From: Candidatus Obscuribacteraceae bacterium
Lineage (GTDB): Bacteria; Cyanobacteriota; Vampirovibrionia; Obscuribacterales; Obscuribacteraceae
Length of the DNA stretch: 64,000 nt
Reading direction: 5' to 3'
NCBI GenBank assembly: GCA_044226015.1
Contig: JBGAHS010000002.1
Location: 851,435 to 915,434, forward strand
The position numbers and the translations under genes are program-made. Below are positions 1-8,696 of the stretch, piece after piece. The notes under the pieces are model-generated. The model ran no database searches and was not told where the DNA came from. It saw nothing but the letters and a program-made list of their open reading frames with translations. Positions within the stretch are counted from its first letter, which is position 1. Each line of letters starts with the position of its first letter.

Positions 1-2138
1 CTCAGGGCAACACTTAGAACGACTGCCTCTGCAATTAACATCTGAATATCGTCACGAGATCTCTTTCTCAAAGCAGGGCTCTTATCTTCAATTTCCTTCT
101 GCTTTTCCAGTACCTTTCCTATCGATTGCGCTACAGCATCTAAACTTGATTCGATAGATGCTACTCGCCTCTTAAAACTGGCAAGCTCTGCAACCGACAT
201 GTTTCCGCCATTATTGAGCATCAATTTACCCGTATGTAATGCAACAAGCTCGGTTTTATGAAACATGCTGCTAACTCTAGATAAAGCACGACGATCATTA
301 CGATTAAGGTCAAACATTTCAGAGCACTGATACAACATGGCAGCAACAGTTACAGAGTAAGAATAGAAGTCCTTTTCATCTCCTTCACGCAAAAAGACGC
401 CCCCAGATGTGGTGCCGAGAGTCACACACTCCCTGAACAAACTATTCGCCGTTTCAGTAACTCGCATGGCGTGCAAAACACGATTAGTCTGTGTTTCAGC
501 TCGCAAGAGCATAGTGCTCAACACGAAAACAAATAGAATCTGAAACAACAGAGGCACCGCAACAACAATAAGCCCTTTATGCCAAATCTTCAAATGCAAG
601 ATACTCTCCAACTCAGGCTCTGCCGAACCGAGTACTGGTCCGATAGAACCCTCTTGCGGCAGCCTTGACGAGCCGCTGTCATCCAAAACAGAAATCTCAT
701 TTCTCGAGACTGGCAGCGCAAACCAGAACTCACTTCCCTGACCGACTTCGCTGTCAACGCCAATATGCCCTCCGTGAGACTTGATGATAATCGCACAAAT
801 ATTCAGCCCCAGACCAGCGCCACCATGAGCAGTGGCATCCTTCCGCTCAGTTTGTTCGTATCGTTCGAAGATCTTCGTTCTCAATTCAGAGGGGATGCCT
901 GGACCCTCATCTTTCACGCGAAACTCGACCCTGTCGTCGAGTTTCTTGCAATTTATAAACAATCTGCTATTTGCCGGCGAGAATTTGATCGCGTTGGAGA
1001 GGAAATTGACGAGAACCTGCGTCAAGCGCCCCTTATCGCCAGCAAACTCAAAGGCTGTTTCGGTGTAGTCGATGGCTATTTTTTTCTTCTCGAGTAAAGA
1101 CTTTACTGCATCAATCGAGTTCTTTACGAGTTCGTCCGTATTCAGCTGCTGTACATTTAATTCAATAAAGCCCTTATCGACATTTTCGAGCTGCAACAAA
1201 TCATCGAGAAGAACAATCAATCGCTCAATATTTTTTGCGGCAGTTTTCAGCCATTCATTTCCATTCTTATTAAGCTCAGCTGTAGCCGCGGTCTGCAATT
1301 CTTTAACTGATTCAACTGTTTGAACCAATGGCTGCTGCAAGCGATCCTTCAACATCGAGGCTAACTGTTGCCGCTGCCGATCAGCAGCCTTCAGCTGTTC
1401 TGACAAGCGATGAATTACCAGATCTAACTGCTCAAGTTCATCACCCCCGCCCAAGAGCGGCAATGGCTCTAAACCTCGAGACACAAGCCTGGTGTTTTCT
1501 GCAAGCTTACTTAACTTGGATGAGATACTCCTGGTAAAGTTCAAAGCTAATACGACGGTGATAGCCAGGTTCGACAAAACACCTGCAAGCAATATCCATT
1601 TTAGATTTTCAGCCAGAAAAGAAGGGCGCCCTTCTGGATGAATAAACTCATCACTGCCAGCCACAGCCGAGAAAGTCCTTACGCTGTTGTTGATCTCTCT
1701 CAAATTCGCATCAACATCAATAAACAGACTCGTATTCGACATGTTGGACATCAAAACGCCGACGTCCTGCCCAGAGAACTGCTTGAACATCTGATACATT
1801 TTTCGAGACGAACGCTTCATCTCCTTATAGGTCAGACGCAAAACTGGGTCGTTCCCCACAAGCTGATCCAACTGCTCAAAGGTGCCCGTGATTGATTGCT
1901 CGCCATTGCTCAAACGCGTCTGGCGATCTGACTGAAAAACTATTGTGTAAAGCCCCATCGAGACTATTTGGCGCAACAGAATGGTGCTTTTTTCTACAAT
2001 TTCCTGACTGCGAAGCTGCCTGTCTGTCTGCGCCTCAGCCTGATTCAGCGCATTTACCAGAGTGTACACGAATGCAATCTCAAAAATGAGAGGCACCGTA
2101 ACCAGTATAATCCCTTTCCCAGCGATGCTTAGCTTCAC
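1..2138 (-). CDS. Membrane sensor histidine-kinase-like protein with two tandem modules (partial, runs off left edge; absent from ORF track)
   Basis: Manual translation from GTG at 2138 (RBS-like GAGGG upstream) gives no stop before the window edge. Module 1: MKLSIAGKGIILVTVPLIFEIAFV (TM) ... WILLAGVLSNLAITVVLAL (TM), HAMP (GGGDELEQL), degenerate H-box LASMLKDRLQQPL, then HATPase boxes QVLVNFLSNAIKFS, DEGPGIP, IFERYEQ, GGAGLGL. After a linker, a second N-terminal module begins LHLKIWHKGLIVVAVPLLFQILFVFVL at 599. Confidence 0.85.
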   Translation of the reverse strand, partial: MKLSIAGKGIILVTVPLIFEIAFVYTLVNALNQAEAQTDRQLRSQEIVEKSTILLRQIVSMGLYTIVFQSDRQTRLSNGEQSITGTFEQLDQLVGNDPVLRLTYKEMKRSSRKMYQMFKQFSGQDVGVLMSNMSNTSLFIDVDANLREINNSVRTFSAVAGSDEFIHPEGRPSFLAENLKWILLAGVLSNLAITVVLALNFTRSISSKLSKLAENTRLVSRGLEPLPLLGGGDELEQLDLVIHRLSEQLKAADRQRQQLASMLKDRLQQPLVQTVESVKELQTAATAELNKNGNEWLKTAAKNIERLIVLLDDLLQLENVDKGFIELNVQQLNTDELVKNSIDAVKSLLEKKKIAIDYTETAFEFAGDKGRLTQVLVNFLSNAIKFSPANSRLFINCKKLDDRVEFRVKDEGPGIPSELRTKIFERYEQTERKDATAHGGAGLGLNICAIIIKSHGGHIGVDSEVGQGSEFWFALPVSRNEISVLDDSGSSRLPQEGSIGPVLGSAEPELESILHLKIWHKGLIVVAVPLLFQILFVFVLSTMLLRAETQTNRVLHAMRVTETANSLFRECVTLGTTSGGVFLREGDEKDFYSYSVTVAAMLYQCSEMFDLNRNDRRALSRVSSMFHKTELVALHTGKLMLNNGGNMSVAELASFKRRVASIESSLDAVAQSIGKVLEKQKEIEDKSPALRKRSRDDIQMLIAEAVVLSVAL

Positions 2139-2347
2139 AAAGCTACCCTCGCAATTGTTATCAGAAACCAGGCAAAATGGCTTGCTCAGTTGTTTTTACT
2201 ATATTCCCATAGATTTGACTTGACCTTACCTGAGGTCCCGAACTTGCTACCGACATTAATCATGAGGATCAGGGCATAAAACAATTAAGCAAATAGCCCG
2301 CATTTTGCTATGCTAGTTGCCCTCTGATCGGACAGGGGCGTTCACAA

Positions 2348-4483
2348 ATGAGTCAAGAGCCAAACATCAAAATTGACGAGAACCCTGGTACTGACTCGTT
2401 GGGCAGACAAGCGGTCATTAGCGCCAAGAGCCATGAAAGCACTCAAAAGACTGTCCTGGACGAGCTAGACGCCACACCCAGTAGCGCGCACTCAGGACAA
2501 AAAAATGCGCGTAATCCTGAACTTGAACTTGTGGGTAAGGTTCTCGCGAATAAATACGAAATCTTAGAACTGGTAGGCAAGGGCGGAATGAGCGTTGTCT
2601 ATAAGGCAAAGCATACCGGCATGGGCAAAATCTTCGCGGTCAAACTTCTTCATTTACACCTGGCTGATGATGAGATATCGCAAAAACGATTTAAGCAAGA
2701 AGCGCAGGCATCTTCCAACCTGAATCACCCGGGTATCGTTTCGGTACACGATTATGGCGAAGACTTTCACAACATGCCTTACTTGGTAATGGACTACATC
2801 GAAGGCCCATCACTGTCCGAAATATTGAAAGAATCTGGGAACCTGTCGCTCGAACGATTTTTGTCCATAATGCAACAAGTCACCTCAGCCCTCGCTCATG
2901 CCCACGCCAGCGGCATTGTGCATCGAGACCTGAAACCAAGCAATATCATGATTACCCGAGCCGAGGGAAAAGAGCAAGCAAAAATAGTCGATTTCGGAAT
3001 TGCAAAAGTACTGAGCCAATCAAATGAAGGTGCCCAGCAGCTAACACAAACAGGGGAAATTTTTGGCAGCCCACTCTACATGAGTCCAGAGCAATGTAGC
3101 GGCTCCATCATTGATCAACGCACGGATATTTACGCTCTCGGCTGCGTCATGTATGAGGCATTAAGCGGTAAGCTTCCGCATAAAGGCAACACCGTGATTG
3201 AGACAATGCATAAGCACGTCAACGAGCAGCCACCGCCGCTGGTTGCACCACAAATTCCAGATGCAGACAGACAGAAAATTGAATTAATGCTGCTAAAGTG
3301 TCTGGCAAAACTTCCGGAAGATCGTTTTCAAAACACAGTCGAAATTGAGTCGGAATTGCACCAGCTAAAGATGCGTTCAGGCACTGGCGTTCTCTCCAAG
3401 CTTGCTGGAGCATGGGACCTCGCTTCTGCAAAAAGACGGGCAGGAAAGAAAACAAAATTACCAATCGTATTGGGTGCCTTAGCAGCTTGTATGCTTTCTG
3501 TATTTATTTTGCTCTTTGGACTATATCAAGCGGATCAGAAATTACATGAGCTTGCCCGAATTCGCAAAATAGTTGACAGCATCGGAGCGACCGAGTCGGC
3601 GTTCTTAAACCTTGGCGAGGCAGTTAGAGAATACTTTGCTGCGATGATGTTTCATCCCGAGAGAGTTAACGCTGCACGAAAGTTCTACATTCGGCATTCG
3701 AAGCATGTGATAGAGAAAATCACGATTGTAGACAAACTCTTGAAGAAAGAAAAACTAATCACAAAAAACGATCGCTTACTCTGGAGAAAACAGTTAGAGC
3801 GCGTTCCAAGAGCAGTTGAACCGCTTAACACATTTAGCGATAGCGTCGCATCAGGTGACGAGTCTCAGTTCAGCCCTAATGCAGTCAACCTATTCAATGA
3901 GCTCTCACTGGTGAGCAGACAAAGTGCTGCAGTTATGCAAGAAATGACGCTTCGCGCTCACCAGCTTGAGAACAGAGCGCTGGAAGAATTTGCAAGAACC
4001 GAGCAAACCGTTGTTCTTTACTCATTTATCTGCATCGTCATCAATGGCACAGTTATGCTCGCCTTGAGCCTCAACTTCGTTAGAGGCAACCCTGACTTGA
4101 AGAAACTTGCAGACCAGGCAAGCAAACTCTCACGACGAAAATCGGCGGGTGCTGAAGGCGATATTGATGACGTAGAAGAATTGAATAATGTTCTGCAAGA
4201 ACTGGCGAATGCTTTGTCCGAGGCAGAGGAACGCGAGAAAGCGCTTCTTTCAAAAATAAAAGAACAAGACAAGCCTCTAGACCAGACTGGCTCTCTAAGC
4301 TCAAAACATACTGCGCAAAAGCTACAAGCTTTCGCCGAGAAAAGCAAAGCTGCGATGGAAGCAGGCAAATCAAATGCTACCGATGAATCACAGGCGACAA
4401 CTGAGACGGTAGCGGTTCTTCAGCTCGACAACGATGACGGAACCTTACCAGTACTCATGCCTCCTATCGACAAGAACAACTAA
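2348..4483 (+). CDS. Ser/Thr protein kinase (Hanks type) with C-terminal TM-sensor-TM-HAMP-like region
   Basis: GKGGMSVVY, AVK, HRDLKPSN, DFG and YMSPEQ motifs; two hydrophobic segments (IVLGALAACMLSVFILLFGL; VVLYSFICIVINGTVMLAL) followed by a coiled coil. Confidence 0.92.
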   Translation: MSQEPNIKIDENPGTDSLGRQAVISAKSHESTQKTVLDELDATPSSAHSGQKNARNPELELVGKVLANKYEILELVGKGGMSVVYKAKHTGMGKIFAVKLLHLHLADDEISQKRFKQEAQASSNLNHPGIVSVHDYGEDFHNMPYLVMDYIEGPSLSEILKESGNLSLERFLSIMQQVTSALAHAHASGIVHRDLKPSNIMITRAEGKEQAKIVDFGIAKVLSQSNEGAQQLTQTGEIFGSPLYMSPEQCSGSIIDQRTDIYALGCVMYEALSGKLPHKGNTVIETMHKHVNEQPPPLVAPQIPDADRQKIELMLLKCLAKLPEDRFQNTVEIESELHQLKMRSGTGVLSKLAGAWDLASAKRRAGKKTKLPIVLGALAACMLSVFILLFGLYQADQKLHELARIRKIVDSIGATESAFLNLGEAVREYFAAMMFHPERVNAARKFYIRHSKHVIEKITIVDKLLKKEKLITKNDRLLWRKQLERVPRAVEPLNTFSDSVASGDESQFSPNAVNLFNELSLVSRQSAAVMQEMTLRAHQLENRALEEFARTEQTVVLYSFICIVINGTVMLALSLNFVRGNPDLKKLADQASKLSRRKSAGAEGDIDDVEELNNVLQELANALSEAEEREKALLSKIKEQDKPLDQTGSLSSKHTAQKLQAFAEKSKAAMEAGKSNATDESQATTETVAVLQLDNDDGTLPVLMPPIDKNN

Positions 4484-4710
4484 ATTTATTTGTCGACCAC
4501 TGTTAAACTCGAAATCTCGCATTGCGAATAATTGACAGGGAACAGTCACCTATACTGAATGATAAATGAGTCTTTTTGCATTACTTTGTCAGCACAATGC
4601 ACACATAATAAGGTCTGCGAAGAGCAATTGATCGGAAAAGTTGAAGGTCCGCTCGATATTCAAAATAGCTTGCTACAGTAGGCGAAGGCGAAATTCAACA
4701 GGAGTATGTA

Positions 4711-5148
4711 ATGAAGCGCACAGCATCTGCCGAATGGCAAAAAGGACTCAAAGACGGTAAAGGCACCATCACGACCCAGAGCGGCGTCCTGGACAAAACA
4801 CAATACAGTTTTGGAACCAGATTCGAAGAAGGCAAAGGCACCAACCCAGAAGAATTGATTGCAGCAGCACACTCTGGTTGTTTCTCGATGGCTCTTTCCA
4901 ATCAATTGGGAGAACTAGGTCTTACAGCTGATCGCATCAACACAACAGCAACAGTTAAGTTGGAAAAGCTGGAAACAGGTTTCACCATCACTGAAGTACA
5001 TCTCGATGTAACAGCTGCTATCCCAGGCGCTAGCGATGAGCAATTCAAGAAAGCAACCGAAGCAGCAAAAACAGGTTGCCCAATCTCGAAATTGTTCAAT
5101 GCAAAAATCACAATGGATGCTAAATTGGAAGCCGCTGTAAAAGCGTAG
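4711..5148 (+). CDS. osmC: OsmC family peroxiredoxin
   Basis: GTNPEELIAAAHSGCFSMAL and GCPIS with both catalytic Cys; RBS AGGAG upstream. Confidence 0.93.
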   Translation: MKRTASAEWQKGLKDGKGTITTQSGVLDKTQYSFGTRFEEGKGTNPEELIAAAHSGCFSMALSNQLGELGLTADRINTTATVKLEKLETGFTITEVHLDVTAAIPGASDEQFKKATEAAKTGCPISKLFNAKITMDAKLEAAVKA

Positions 5149-5178
5149 TTTCAATAACACACCAAAGTAATTGCAAAT

Positions 5179-5210
5179 AAAACGAGTCCCATCGCGGACT
5201 CGTTTTTTTT
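5179..5210 (+). terminator. Rho-independent terminator after osmC
   Basis: AAAACGAGTCC-catcgc-GGACTCGTTTT followed by a T-run. Confidence 0.85.
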
Positions 5211-5510
5211 CTCTCTTGCTCTTGCTGCTTCCTCTATGCAATCTGTTGAGAATCGATCTTGCACTTGGTCTCGAAGGATAATTCAAGTTTGAATGATTGC
5301 GAGCGCATATTATGTATGCGATGAACAATCGGAATCGTAATTGCGACGTAAAACAAAATACAATGTGAACATCGAAAAACCCGAAGAAGAGCGCCACGCG
5401 GAGATGCCAAGAAGAAAGTGGAATTCACTCTAAAAGGCAGCTAATTTGCAAGAGCAAGCGTCTAGAATTGACGTCATTGAGTTACCCGAGTTCATCTGGA
5501 GAACGCCAAA

Positions 5511-5987
5511 ATGACAGTTATCGCAAAAGAACAAATCAAACCAACCTGGAATACAGAAAAGTTGCACGAAATGTACTCACACATGACAGCAAACAACATG
5601 ATGGTTGCTATGAGTGTTCTAGGCAAATTCGGTCCTGAAGCAATGAATGAGTTCAAGACTGCTAGCCGCAAACCAATGGTCGAATACTACAAGCGCCTTG
5701 GCGTTAAGACCCCAATCGAAGTAATCAAAGCTAAAGCTGAACTCGAAGCTAACATCTTCGGCAGCATCATCGAAGTAGAAGGCGATGACAAAGAAGCTCA
5801 CCTCACCTACATCTCCTGCGGAATGTGGGAAGCAATGAAGAAGTGCGGCGGCAACGCTTGCGGCGAAACAGAAGCCAAAATGAAAGAAGGCTTCCAAAAT
5901 TGCGTAAGCGAATTCGCAAAAGAATTCGACCTGATCGGATCAGTCAAATTCGAAGGCGAAAAAGCAATCATCACAATGAAGAAGTAA
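5511..5987 (+). CDS. Hypothetical protein (possibly V4R/ATC-hydrolase-like fold)
   Basis: 158 aa ORF with GGAG RBS, biased codon use and its own terminator; fold assignment is a weak recollection only. Confidence 0.7.
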   Translation: MTVIAKEQIKPTWNTEKLHEMYSHMTANNMMVAMSVLGKFGPEAMNEFKTASRKPMVEYYKRLGVKTPIEVIKAKAELEANIFGSIIEVEGDDKEAHLTYISCGMWEAMKKCGGNACGETEAKMKEGFQNCVSEFAKEFDLIGSVKFEGEKAIITMKK

Positions 5988-6004
5988 GATCATCAACTGA
6001 TCTT

Positions 6005-6034
6005 AAAAGCCCGGGCGCACGCTCGGGCTTTTTT
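6005..6034 (+). terminator. Rho-independent terminator
   Basis: AAAAGCCCGGGCG-ca-CGCTCGGGCTTTT followed by Ts. Confidence 0.85.
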
Positions 6035-6142
6035 CTTTAGGTACAAAAGCTAAGGATTACGGTAGGATCTTCCTCAGCAAACCGCAAAAAACTCATATCT
6101 CTGCAGATTTTGTCAGGCAGAACCCCGTTTTTGAAACTGGAA

Positions 6143-6313
6143 ATGGAAATGAAAAAACGAGTTGTTACAAAGGAAGACGGGCGAAAACTTATCTACTACA
6201 GCTTTCCCTGTTCCGAACAAAAAGAGAATTGCGACGGGCAAGACAGTCGTGTAGACGAAGAACGATCCCAAGCATCAGCAGCGAAATCAGAGAAGGGTAA
6301 AAAGAATGTCTGA
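6143..6313 (+). CDS. Small protein translationally coupled to galT
   Basis: MEMKKRVVTKEDGRKLIYYSF...; its stop overlaps the galT start (ATGTCTGA, 6306-6313). Confidence 0.55.
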   Translation: MEMKKRVVTKEDGRKLIYYSFPCSEQKENCDGQDSRVDEERSQASAAKSEKGKKNV

Positions 6314-7283
6314 AATGCGCTGGAATCCCGTATTGGGGGAATGGGTGGTGACAGCGACTCACCGCCAGGACCGCACATTTCTGCCGCCAGCCGGCTATTG
6401 TCCGCTTTGCCCCACGGCCGAGGGAGGCTTTCCTACAGAAGTGCCAGAAACTGATTACGAGTTTGTTGTTTTCGAAAACAAATTTCCGAGCTTCAGCCCA
6501 CAAGCCGCCGCACCAGGTATAGTGGCGACTGATCTTTACCCGGTCAAGCCATCCGAGGGTGTGTGCGAAGTCGTTTTGTACAGCTCGCAACATCAGAGTT
6601 CTCTGGCAGAAATGCCGCTTTCAAAAATCGAGCAACTTGTTCGGGTTTGGAAAGATCGATATGAAGAGCTATCAAAACTGAACAACATCGAATACGTCTT
6701 GATTTTTGAAAACAAGGGAGAGGCAGTTGGCGTGACCATTCACCATCCCCATGGACAAATCTACGCCTTTCCATTCATTCCGCCCAAGCTTGAGCGCGAA
6801 ATTGAAAACGAAGAGAAGCATGCAAACGAACACGGACGTTGCCTTCATTGTGACGTGCTCAAAGAAGAGAAACAGAACGGTGAACGAATTGTCGCCGAAA
6901 ACTCAAAATTCATTGCTTTCATTCCATTTTACGCGCGATATCCCTATGAGGTTCACATCTATAGCCAGGCTCATGTCGAATCGATGGAGCAGTTTTCAGA
7001 GCAAGATTGCAATGAACTTGCGCAACTGCTGCAGATTGTCCTTAAGAAGTACGACAACCTGTGGGGTATTTCGTTTCCATACATGATGGTGATTCACCAG
7101 AAACCAACTGACGGAAAATCATATCGAGGCGCGCACTTTCACATCGAATTTTATCCTCCAATGCGCACGGAAAAGAAATTGAAGTACCTTGCTGGTTGTG
7201 AGTCGGGTGCAGGCACCTTTATCAACGATACGTTGCCGGAAGTTAAAGCAGCAGAGCTAAGAAAAATCGAACCTGTTAGCTAA
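6306..7283 (+). CDS. galT: Galactose-1-phosphate uridylyltransferase
   Basis: RWNPVLGEWV, CPLCP, FENKG and HPHGQ (HxHxQ) motifs. Confidence 0.95.
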   Translation: MSEMRWNPVLGEWVVTATHRQDRTFLPPAGYCPLCPTAEGGFPTEVPETDYEFVVFENKFPSFSPQAAAPGIVATDLYPVKPSEGVCEVVLYSSQHQSSLAEMPLSKIEQLVRVWKDRYEELSKLNNIEYVLIFENKGEAVGVTIHHPHGQIYAFPFIPPKLEREIENEEKHANEHGRCLHCDVLKEEKQNGERIVAENSKFIAFIPFYARYPYEVHIYSQAHVESMEQFSEQDCNELAQLLQIVLKKYDNLWGISFPYMMVIHQKPTDGKSYRGAHFHIEFYPPMRTEKKLKYLAGCESGAGTFINDTLPEVKAAELRKIEPVS

Positions 7284-7372
7284 CTCGACTTGCTGGCGCT
7301 AGGAAGGCAAAATACATCACCAGGTAGATGCCATCCCTCTGATATCGTTGAAATTTGAAACCGAATTACGCG

Positions 7373-8569
7373 CTAGTGCTTGCTCACACTTGCACCATCT
7401 ACAGCTGAGCAAATGTGAACTTCCTCTGGCTTACTGAACGCATCAAAGTAGTCGCGCTTCAAGCGCTCTCTTAAAGGTTCAATAGCATCGGTCTTAACTA
7501 ATGCCACAACACATCCACCAAAGCCGGCACCAGTCATTCGAGCACCAAAAACCCCTTCCTGATTTCTCGCGATATCAACAATGCTATCAAGCTCAGGACA
7601 GCTCACTTGAAAATCATTCCGCAAAGACTCATGCGACTCATACATCAAAGATCCGAACACTGCAAGATCCTTACTATTTAGAGCTGCAACAGCATCTAGC
7701 ACCCTCTGGTTTTCATAAACAACATGCTTACATCGTTTTGCTACGATAGGCGAAAGCTCAGTAGAATAGCGGTCGAAATCAGCAACACAAACATCGCGCA
7801 AGCTGTTCAATACTCCTCTATTCATTAACCGCGTAAATCGCTCGACACCCTGACGACATTCTTCTCTGCGCTTATTGTATTCGCTGTCGACGAGACCGCG
7901 GCGCACTCCGGAGTTAATGACTAAAATTGACGCACCCAGTGATTCAAGACTTAATGGAACAATCTTGAATTCAAGCGAACGACAATCCAAAAAAATAGCG
8001 CTATCAACTGCTCCGGCAGCCGAGGCGAATTGATCCATGATGCCACACTTAACACCAATGTATTCGTTCTCTGCTTTCTGCGCCAACCTTGCAATATCGG
8101 CAAGACCCATGTTCACAGAGCCAAAATGATTCATAAGTTTCACTACAGCAACTTCGTATGCAGCCGATGAACTCAGCCCTGCGCCCTGCGGAACATTGCC
8201 GCTTAAGACAGCGCGGAATCCGCAGATTGGATATCCGGCATCACGCAAAATTTTTAATACACCACGAAGATAATTGACCCACTGATGCTGAGAACGAGTA
8301 TTCAGATCATCCAAATTAAACTGCACTAGCTGAGCATAGTCGATCGAATACACTTCAACTTCAGGCTTTTCGGTCTTACTTGCTGCAATAAGCATTTCGC
8401 GATCAATTGCAGCGGGAAAAACAAACCCCTCGTTGTAATCAGTATGCTCGCCAATCAAGTTGACGCGCCCTGGAGCTCGCGCCACCATATCTGGAGCCAC
8501 ACCATAGCGCGATTCGAACTCAGAAATGACTGCAAGCTGTCGGCTTTCTACTTTGCTATTGGATACCAT
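7373..8569 (-). CDS. galK: Galactokinase
   Basis: GRVNLIGEHTDYNEG, PQGAGLSSSAA, CGIMDQ, GAGFGG. Confidence 0.96.
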   Translation of the reverse strand: MVSNSKVESRQLAVISEFESRYGVAPDMVARAPGRVNLIGEHTDYNEGFVFPAAIDREMLIAASKTEKPEVEVYSIDYAQLVQFNLDDLNTRSQHQWVNYLRGVLKILRDAGYPICGFRAVLSGNVPQGAGLSSSAAYEVAVVKLMNHFGSVNMGLADIARLAQKAENEYIGVKCGIMDQFASAAGAVDSAIFLDCRSLEFKIVPLSLESLGASILVINSGVRRGLVDSEYNKRREECRQGVERFTRLMNRGVLNSLRDVCVADFDRYSTELSPIVAKRCKHVVYENQRVLDAVAALNSKDLAVFGSLMYESHESLRNDFQVSCPELDSIVDIARNQEGVFGARMTGAGFGGCVVALVKTDAIEPLRERLKRDYFDAFSKPEEVHICSAVDGASVSKH

Positions 8570-8696
8570 GTCAAAGCTCCCGACTAACTATTATGCATTC
8601 TCTGGAAAAAAAATTGCTCAGTCGATTTAATGAACTCAAAAAATCTGAGCGAATCTTTATTGAAATGTAGTCGACAAGCTAAACTCAGAACAAGCG

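Noticed and set aside
765..2089. Several short plus-strand ORFs in the track (765-1097, 1072-1323, 1638-1895 etc.)
   Set aside because: Antisense shadows of the long minus-strand kinase frame 1-2138
4532..4556. TTGACA...TATACT sigma70 promoter for osmC
   Set aside because: Spacer is only 13 bp
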